Of a stretch of 14,093 nt of DNA, positions 9,401 to 14,093 are shown one piece after another (positions within the stretch are counted from its first letter, which is position 1; each line of letters begins with the position of its first letter). The DNA is from Planctomycetia bacterium (GTDB lineage Bacteria; Planctomycetota; Planctomycetia; Gemmatales; Gemmataceae), in NCBI GenBank assembly GCA_016795185.1, contig JAEUIF010000468.1, forward strand, positions 1 to 14,093, written 5' to 3'. The notes beneath the pieces were generated by a model, which saw nothing but the letters and a program-made list of their open reading frames with translations, did not search any database and was not told the origin of the DNA. The translations under genes and the position numbers were made by a program.

Positions 9401-9528
9401 TCGCGCGGCGACAGCGGCCCAGCCGGCGGGTCGCTCGGCTTGTCGGCGGCGGAAAGCAGGACCGCGCCGCCCGTGAGCACCAGCAGCATCAAACCGCGCG
9501 CGAGCAATCCGAAACGCGACATGGCCAC
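6499..9528 (-). CDS. Planctomycete/Verrucomicrobia-type large exported protein: N-terminal putative membrane-bound dehydrogenase (beta-propeller) domain, central HEAT-like repeats, C-terminal c-type heme-binding domain (CSVCH)
   Basis: Signal peptide, then FRILKGFKVELVAAEPEVVDPVALAFDEDGRMYVAEMRGYP, which is typical of the Pirellula/Verrucomicrobium dehydrogenase-domain family. The C-terminus has GKAVFKKNCSVCHRLENEG, a CxxCH heme motif. The start may be GTG at 9528 or ATG at 9522. Confidence 0.75.
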   Translation of the reverse strand: MAMSRFGLLARGLMLLVLTGGAVLLSAADKPSDPPAGPLSPREELATFRILKGFKVELVAAEPEVVDPVALAFDEDGRMYVAEMRGYPNGGLGTGDISTGKIKLLEDKNGDGYYESSSTFAENLRFPTSVMPYKGGLLAAVAPDLLYFEKTAKGYEKKVLYTGFDLDNIQQLLNSLQWGLDNWVYANAGGKGGTITGDGLGAGVALRGRGIRFQPARPGSLEPTSGGGQFGLAADDGQHWFTATNSQHLRQIVLSDHYLRRNPALAVPAVTIDIPDHGAACQVHRISPFEGWRVERTTRRKDGTDSKRFSPTELVPGGFITSACSPVVYNGGLFPEAYYGQSFVCEPANNLIHRDILIDQGSIFTAKRADEGCEFLASTDNWFRPVNLTIGPDGAIYVCDFYREAIETPLSLPDDIKKKLNLDSRGRGRIWRIVPETLARDAQQPQHLPALSKASAAELVQQLGSPNSWRRLTAQRLLIERHDQAAVAPLKKLAREDKVLDRVPAGQGRMHALWTLHGLKALDDELIEANLKAANPYVVEQALRLAEDRLAASATLRQSMTPLVDHAQARVRFQLAFTLGAADAPELTTALAKLARRDAGQSWFQLAILSSAKGKAPDLLATLSQDREFVRNLTAEERQFVVRLATLIGASNSDADLARALTLLGGDSVSPAWQLAVLDGLGQGLQIAQRPLRKLWEEPSPALKEAVGKARPFFERAAQTARDEKQPLPERLAAVRLLGVGPFAVGGDVLPGLLAPQHPPEVQLAAVRALSAQDSPKIADLLLAAWNSYPPDLRREAVEALLGRPERVRQLLDAVEKKQVLPGQIEAARVDLLRKHPDAEVRKRVAQLFAARTTGDRQKVIDDYRTALDLAGDAPRGKAVFKKNCSVCHRLENEGAEVGADLLAALKTKTPEGLVIDILDPSREVDPRYLNYVVTTKNGRFLTGILAVNAPGSITLRRAEKAEDTILRGEIDEIQATVKSLMPDELEKQLSKQDLADVIAYLLGVAGRK

Positions 9529-9571
9529 CCCTTGTATTGGCTTGCTACAGCAGTTTGCGACTGAATGGAGC

Positions 9572-9620
9572 GGTCCGCACAGCGGACCATACGGTATTCT
9601 GTAGGGTCCGCTGTGCGGAC
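9572..9620. promoter_or_regulatory. Pair of 7-bp-stem hairpins GGTCCGC-ACA-GCGGACC (9572-9588) and GGTCCGC-TGT-GCGGAC (9605-9620), mutually inverted, flanking a palindromic ATACGGTAT centre; candidate operator or terminator structure
   Basis: Seen directly in the intergenic region between the 3' end of the 9678-11036 gene and the start of the 6499-9528 gene. Confidence 0.4.
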
Positions 9621-9677
9621 TATTCCTCCGTGTGGTCCATCAATCAGCGAACCGCGCCAAACCGTAAACGGTTCGGG

Positions 9678-11036
9678 TTACTTGGTCAATTCGTGGACCT
9701 TGGCGACGATGCGTTCCTCGATGGCGGGCGACCACTTGGTCGGGAACCCGTAATAAATCATGGAGGAATCCGCCTCGTAACCGCCTTCTTTCAAGACCCG
9801 CGCCGACGGGATGTAGGCCATCACGTCGTTGGCGTAGGCCGTCACCCAGACTGGCGGGCCGCCGCTCAGTTCCTTCTTCAGCCGCAGGGCGTAATCGACC
9901 ACCACTTCGCCGCCCAGCCCGATCCACAGCAGGTCGTTGCCCAGCCGCCAGACCTGCACCGGGTAGTGGGGATAATGATCGTCGAGCTTGCCCTTGGTTT
10001 CCAGCGTTTTCAGCAGGCGCGTCGCGCGGTTGCGCAGCGCCAGGTTCTTGCTCAGGGTATCGGCCGTCAGCTGGTCCTTCGAGGGCAGTTCGCCCAACGG
10101 CAGCGTCACCGACGCCAGTTTCGCCTTGAAGGGACCGCGCACCGGCGACATCGGCTTGCGCAGCACATCGCCGACGGCTTCCGCCAGCCCCCGGCCGTGC
10201 GTCTGGGCATGTTCCACCTGGCCGCGCGGCTGCGGGTTGGCGTCGCCCGCGCAGCCGGCCCAGAACAGGGCGACCGCGCCCGGATGCTTCGCCTCCAGGT
10301 CGGCCTGGGCGAAGCCCGCGTAGTCGCCGCACCACTGGTAAAAGTTCAGCGTGGTGTTATGGCAAGCGTAGCCGAAGACCACCGCCCGCAGCTTGCCCTC
10401 GGGCGTTTCGACCTTCAGCACCGGGACATCGTGATCCACGGGACCGGCCGGATCGCGCAGATTGATGACGCCCTTCGGCGATGCCTCGCGCCGGTTCATC
10501 GCGAAACGAATGGTGCCCTTGCCGTGCGCCAGCCGCGCGGGCCGCAGGTCCTTCAGGGCCGCCTCGACGACCTCCACCATCCAGCGGTGCAGTTGCTCGG
10601 TGTAGGCTTCGATCTTCTTCGCGTGCTCCGGCCCCATCGGGTACATGTCGGCCAGGTTCTCGCGCAGCACCGGCCCGCAGTGGGTGTGCGAACTGGTGAG
10701 CATCAGGCGCTCGCGCGGCAGCCCGGTGCGTTTGCGCACCTCCTCGGCCACCGGCTCCGCCAGACTGCGCGGGAAGCCGATCAGGTCGCTGGTCAGCAGG
10801 ACCAGCTTGCCCCCGGCGGCGTCTTCGAGGGCCACCGCCTTGAGGAACAGGTCGTGCGTCTTGCCCTCGGCCGGCTTGGTCCGGGAGGCGTAGCCGGCCA
10901 TCCACAACGGCTCCGACGGTGTGACGACCTTCACCGCCACGCCGGCCTTGAGGGCGGACTCGTCGGCCGCGCGGACCGGCAGCAGGGCCAGCAGCGTCAA
11001 GCACAGAGCGATGCCTGTCGCAAGGCAGCGGGACAT
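9678..11036 (-). CDS. secreted neutral/alkaline (non-lysosomal) ceramidase-like hydrolase, N-terminal domain type
   Basis: The signal peptide MSRCLATGIALCLTLLALLPVRAADE starts at the internal ATG (11034-11036), which has GGGAG 8 nt upstream; the track ORF runs to 11165. The region AGVAVKVVTP..WMAGYA...LMLTSSHTHCGP matches the GKADITG..VGMMGYS...ATHTHSGP layout of neutral ceramidases. It is shorter than the Pseudomonas enzyme and lacks the C-terminal tail domain. Confidence 0.6.
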   Translation of the reverse strand: MSRCLATGIALCLTLLALLPVRAADESALKAGVAVKVVTPSEPLWMAGYASRTKPAEGKTHDLFLKAVALEDAAGGKLVLLTSDLIGFPRSLAEPVAEEVRKRTGLPRERLMLTSSHTHCGPVLRENLADMYPMGPEHAKKIEAYTEQLHRWMVEVVEAALKDLRPARLAHGKGTIRFAMNRREASPKGVINLRDPAGPVDHDVPVLKVETPEGKLRAVVFGYACHNTTLNFYQWCGDYAGFAQADLEAKHPGAVALFWAGCAGDANPQPRGQVEHAQTHGRGLAEAVGDVLRKPMSPVRGPFKAKLASVTLPLGELPSKDQLTADTLSKNLALRNRATRLLKTLETKGKLDDHYPHYPVQVWRLGNDLLWIGLGGEVVVDYALRLKKELSGGPPVWVTAYANDVMAYIPSARVLKEGGYEADSSMIYYGFPTKWSPAIEERIVAKVHELTK

Positions 11037-11520
11037 GGCAGGACTCCCGAAAATGGTTCGAGGTCGGTTGGCAACGCGGACGGAAAGGTAAACCCCCGTC
11101 CGGGCACGGAGTCGCAGGGAGAGTCCATCCAGGCCGGTCAGTGCCGCCGATTGGATGGGGGGCATCTACCGACTACCCTCCGTGCCAAGAAAAATCCGGC
11201 TGGCACCGAGCCTCAAAAACCCCAATGTTTTGCCACTGCGCGCCAAAATGCGTTTCCCGCCAGACTCCCCTTGAACCGCCGCACCTCGATTTGGCAGGAT
11301 GGCGGCTGCGGAGCGCCCGGGGCTGCCCGTGATGCGCCGCTCGCGGCTTCGCCGGGCGCGCTTCCCTCGGGCCGCGCCACCCGCCAGCTGGCATCCGCCT
11401 CCGTCCGTGCTACAATTCGCTGGTTCCACGACTCCACCCCGGAGTTCGCCCGTGACGGCCGTCTCCCAGCCAACCACCGTGCCCTCGCAACCCCGGTTGC
11501 TCGACCGGGTCCGGTAGGCC

Positions 11521-12444
11521 TTGCGCGTCCGGCATTACAGCCTGCGCACCGAGGAAGCCTACGTCGCCTGGATCAGACGCTACATCTACTTTCACCACAT
11601 TCGCCACCCGGACGCGATGGGCGCGGCGGAGATCAACGCCTTCCTGACCGACCTCGCCGTCAACGGCCGGGTCGCCGCCTACACCCAGTCCCAGGCCCTG
11701 TGCGCCTTGCTGTTCCTGTACACCACCGTGCTCGAACGGCCCTTCGGCGAGCTGGGCGATGTCATCCGGGCGCGCCGGCCCAAACGCTTACCGGTGGTGC
11801 TGACTCGGCCGGAAGTGCTCCGCGTCCTGGAGCACCTGACCGACACGTATCGCCTGATCGGCCGGTTGCTCTACGGCAGCGGCCTGCGCCTGATTGAAGG
11901 CTTGCGGCTGCGGGTCCAGGACGTGGATTTCGGCCGCCACGAAATCACCGTGCGCCAGGGCAAGGGCGACAAGGACCGTCGGACCATGCTGCCCAGCTGT
12001 ATTGCAGCCGACCTACAGGCGCACATCGAACGGGTCCGCGCGCTGCACCAGCGCGACCTGGCCGAGGGGTACGGCCGGGTCTACCTGCCGCACGCGCTGG
12101 AGCGCAAGCTGCCGCACGCGGCTGCCGAGTTCGGCTGGCAGTACGTGTTTCCAGCTGCCCGGCGCTCGCGCGACCCGCGTTCGGGCGCGGTGCGACGCCA
12201 CCACGCCCACGAAGCGGCCATTTCGCGCGCCCTCACCGACGCCGTCCGCCGCTCCGGTATCCGCAAGCGGGCGACCAGTCATTCCTTCCGGCACAGTTTT
12301 GCGACGCACCTACTGGAAGCCGGCCACGACATTCGGACGGTGCAAGAACTACTCGGCCACGAAGACGTAAGTACCACGATGATCTACTGCCACGTACTGA
12401 ACAAGGGCGGCCTGGGAGTGCCCAGCCCCCTGGACGGGTTCTGA
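11521..12444 (+). CDS. intI: tyrosine recombinase with IntI-specific insertion (integron integrase-like); TTG-start ORF whose conserved N-terminus lies upstream of an in-frame TAG (11515-11517), see findings
   Basis: The [19 protein letters not shown] and [14 protein letters not shown] motifs are present, along with the IntI-specific insertion [37 protein letters not shown]. The catalytic-region motifs RHSFATHLL and [16 protein letters not shown] are also present. Similarity to IntI1/VchIntIA across the whole length is strong and recognisable from memory. Confidence 0.92.
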   Translation: MRVRHYSLRTEEAYVAWIRRYIYFHHIRHPDAMGAAEINAFLTDLAVNGRVAAYTQSQALCALLFLYTTVLERPFGELGDVIRARRPKRLPVVLTRPEVLRVLEHLTDTYRLIGRLLYGSGLRLIEGLRLRVQDVDFGRHEITVRQGKGDKDRRTMLPSCIAADLQAHIERVRALHQRDLAEGYGRVYLPHALERKLPHAAAEFGWQYVFPAARRSRDPRSGAVRRHHAHEAAISRALTDAVRRSGIRKRATSHSFRHSFATHLLEAGHDIRTVQELLGHEDVSTTMIYCHVLNKGGLGVPSPLDGF

Positions 12445-12595
12445 GCTGCGCAAGTATCATTATGGTGTTATTTTGCGCGGATTTTGCAGACGTTATGATT
12501 GTAATAATTTAACATCAATAGACTTGTGTTAATTCTCGCCGGCTGGGAGCAAAGAGTGTTATTTTGCGCCGGCGCAAGATAAACACATGTTAGGC
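12445..12595 (+). other. putative attI site and cassette-promoter region: AT-rich (~40% GC) with two 14-bp direct repeats GTGTTATTTTGCGC (12465-12478, 12556-12569) and core site GTTAGGC (12589-12595), followed by a second core-like GTTAAAT (12596-12602)
   Basis: Seen in sequence. The layout parallels attI1, where two GTTA-containing IntI-binding direct repeats sit upstream of the GTTAGGC simple site. Confidence 0.5.
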
Positions 12596-13207
12596 GTTAA
12601 ATACAACCGAGGCTCAACGATTGGACGCATGGGACCGACTCCGAGCGCTATTTGACACCGATGATGGCGGGTTGTATGACATCCGATTAACGGGCCTTGG
12701 TGAAGCAAGTTTGGTAGCAGCATTTGAGTTCATTCGATCCCGCTCAAAGGTTACGCCGGATGCATTGTTTTGGCACACGACCTTGCAAAAGGACGAGCGA
12801 GTGGCTGACCACCCAGATGCGCCTCGGCTTGTGGCTCAGGGCATAGCCGAACCATTTCATGTGCTCGCGTCTAGTCTTGAGTTCGCCGGCGCCATCATCC
12901 CGGATTTGGGTGTGTTCGTTTGGCCGGATGAGTTGACGTTGGACTACCGCATGGGACCAGAGTGGGATCGACCGCAACTCATCGCGTTATTTGAATTGCT
13001 ACGGCAATTGGTCGCCGTCTCAGATGGCGGAGTCGGATTGGGCCGGCACGTTCTGCCGCAGGTGGACGCCGAATTTGTGCGCGAGTGGCGGGCATACTGT
13101 CAGGTATGCGGCGAAAACGCCTAACCAACCGTTGCACCTGACGCGGCGGCATTACGGTTCTTCAGAGTTCAACGTCTCACCAGCCGCCGCGCAGGTGAAC
13201 GGTAGCG
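12590..13207 (+). mobile_element. gene cassette 1 (from G|TT of attI core to G of attC1 R')
   Basis: Bounded by GTTAGGC (12589-12595) and GTTCGGC (13207-13213). It contains one ORF and attC1. Confidence 0.65.
12621..13124 (+). CDS. cassette-encoded hypothetical protein (167 aa), ~50% GC, TTG start
   Basis: GAGG lies 8 nt upstream of TTG 12621. GC content is clearly below the ~67% host average. The TAA stop falls inside the attC R'' box GCCTAAC. No family recognised. Confidence 0.6.
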   Translation: MDAWDRLRALFDTDDGGLYDIRLTGLGEASLVAAFEFIRSRSKVTPDALFWHTTLQKDERVADHPDAPRLVAQGIAEPFHVLASSLEFAGAIIPDLGVFVWPDELTLDYRMGPEWDRPQLIALFELLRQLVAVSDGGVGLGRHVLPQVDAEFVREWRAYCQVCGENA

Positions 13208-13213
13208 TTCGGC
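13119..13213 (+). other. attC site 1 (95 bp): R'' GCCTAAC ... R' GTTCGGC, imperfect palindrome
   Basis: gcctaac-caaccgttg-cacctg-acgcggcggc ... gccgccgcg-caggtg-aacggtagc-gttcggc. The arms pair with single-base bulges (extrahelical bases). It opens with the same GCCTAAC as the aadA1 59-be. Confidence 0.7.
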
Positions 13214-13756
13214 CAAGAGAGGCTTCCCGTGGGGTTCAGGTTCCGGGGCTTCTTCTCGGACGCCGATGAAGCCGCGATGGCTGCGGCGGTAAGCCGCTGG
13301 CCGTTCTGCACGGCCAAGCCCGTCGTCGATCCGTTCCGCGGCTTCGGCCTGCGTGCCCCGGACCCCGACCGAGAGGCCGACTCCGACGAGGAGTACGAGC
13401 GACTGCTGGAGTTGCCGTTCGCGGTGGAGCGGGGCTTGGCGGAGTTCAGCCTGGGGTTCCCGGACGCGACGTTCGTGTTCATCGACGCCGATTGCGTCGG
13501 CGGCACCTGCGTGTATACCGGGTTCGTGGTACGAGCCGGTGCGGTCCACCTGAGCGTAGCGGACGTGCAGCCGGGGTCGGAGCCGTTGCAGCGACTCCTT
13601 CAGCCGCTCGGTGTGCAGCTACGGTCCGGCTACTTCGCGCCGTTCACACGCGGGTACTGGTAGGCGGCCGAACCAGGCGCTGCAGCAGACGGCGGGGGCA
13701 TGTAGGTTTTCCAGGGTCACAGCTCACTCGGCCCCCGCCGCTGTTGAGCTTGGTCG
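13208..13756 (+). mobile_element. gene cassette 2
   Basis: Runs from TT of attC1 R' (13208) to G of attC2 R' (13756). It contains one ORF and attC2. Confidence 0.6.
13229..13663 (+). CDS. cassette-encoded hypothetical protein (144 aa), GTG start
   Basis: AGAGAGG lies 6 nt upstream of GTG 13229, and the ORF starts 16 nt after the attC1 R' box. An alternative ATG is at 13277. No family recognised. Confidence 0.5.
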   Translation: MGFRFRGFFSDADEAAMAAAVSRWPFCTAKPVVDPFRGFGLRAPDPDREADSDEEYERLLELPFAVERGLAEFSLGFPDATFVFIDADCVGGTCVYTGFVVRAGAVHLSVADVQPGSEPLQRLLQPLGVQLRSGYFAPFTRGYW

Positions 13757-13762
13757 TTCGGC
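13667..13762 (+). other. attC site 2 (96 bp): R'' GCCGAAC ... R' GTTCGGC (perfectly complementary boxes), imperfect palindrome
   Basis: gccgaac-caggcgctgcagcag-acggcgggggc ... gcccccgccg-ctgttgagcttggtc-gttcggc. The L''/L' G5/C5 cores pair and the arms carry bulges. Confidence 0.65.
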
Positions 13763-13780
13763 GGCGGAAGCGGAGTCGCG

Positions 13781-13960
13781 GATGGACCCATACCGGCAGC
13801 TCGCGGCGGGTCCCAGGACGGGGTCGCCGCGCCGGTTCGTGGCCCCCCGGTCCTGGGGCCTCCCGTCCCCGGCCCGCTCCGCCGGGGGGCACGGCTCAGC
13901 GCGTTCAGGGGCGACCGGCGGTGACGGCCGAACCACCGCGTTCAGCTGCCTCCTCTAGCC
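13781..13960 (+). CDS. possible small cassette ORF (59 aa, low complexity, Arg/Gly/Pro-rich)
   Basis: GGAG lies 6 nt upstream of ATG 13781. The stop TAG at 13958-13960 lies just after an attC-like start (GCCGAAC 13927-13933). This could be a spurious high-GC ORF. Confidence 0.2.
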
Positions 13961-14056
13961 CGCATTTCTCACCAGAATAAGGAACCGGCTTGCTTCCGGA
14001 GCGTCAAGTGATTGTAGCCGCAGTCACTTGCGTTTCCTGGAAGGAGCAAGCCGGTC

Positions 14057-14093
14057 ATGACACAGTGTAGCAGCCCGCCGTTGACTTTTCACG
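14057..14093 (+). CDS. 5' end of an ORF running off the window (MTQCSSPPLTFH...)
   Basis: AAGGAG (14041-14046) lies 10 nt upstream of ATG 14057. The SD is embedded in the right arm of a long hairpin (13984-14055). Confidence 0.3.
   Translation, partial: MTQCSSPPLTFH

Larger units (their letters stand above)
11452..14093 (+). mobile_element. Integron (inverted-integrase type): intI, attI-like region, and two or more gene cassettes with attC sites; array continues beyond window
   Basis: In order along the + strand: intI, an AT-rich region ending in the GTTAGGC core, then repeated units of ORF plus an attC-like imperfect palindrome. Confidence 0.8.

Noticed and set aside
9529-11165. Whether the minus-strand genes upstream of intI are cassettes of a conventionally oriented integron
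   Set aside because: These are large (450-1000 aa), host-GC genes typical of Planctomycetes, and no attC-like RYYYAAC...GTTRRRY palindromes follow them. The hairpins at 9572-9620 are too short and lack the core boxes.
9537-11897. 786-aa + strand ORF spanning the ceramidase-like gene and the intI leader
   Set aside because: Antisense shadow frame that is Arg/Gly/Pro-rich. It crosses an intergenic region and ends inside intI in another frame.

Overview
This is a high-GC chromosomal segment with Planctomycetes-type gene content: a Pirellula/Verrucomicrobium-type dehydrogenase/heme-binding (CxxCH) protein, Tat- and Sec-exported enzymes, and a flotillin-like SPFH protein. Positions 145-11036 hold six minus-strand genes: a SelA-like PLP enzyme, a Tat-exported unknown protein, an SPFH/flotillin-like protein, a secreted alpha/beta-hydrolase, the ~1000-aa dehydrogenase/heme-binding protein, and a neutral/alkaline ceramidase-like hydrolase. 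Their intergenic regions carry notable GC-rich palindromes. The most interesting part is the 3' third, 11452-14093, which I read as an integron in the 'inverted integrase' arrangement. It has a tyrosine recombinase with the IntI-specific insertion (11521-12444, +), but a TAG at 11515-11517 separates that ORF from an in-frame IntI-like N-terminus. Next comes an AT-rich (~40% GC) attI-like region with two 14-bp direct repeats and a GTTAGGC core. Then follow at least two gene cassettes on the + strand, each a small ORF of unknown function followed by an imperfect-palindromic attC-like site (RYYYAAC ... GTTCGGC). A third attC-like start and a long RBS-sequestering hairpin lie at the window edge. 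I saw no rRNA or tRNA genes and no CRISPR array. The long antisense ORFs in the track are high-GC artefacts.
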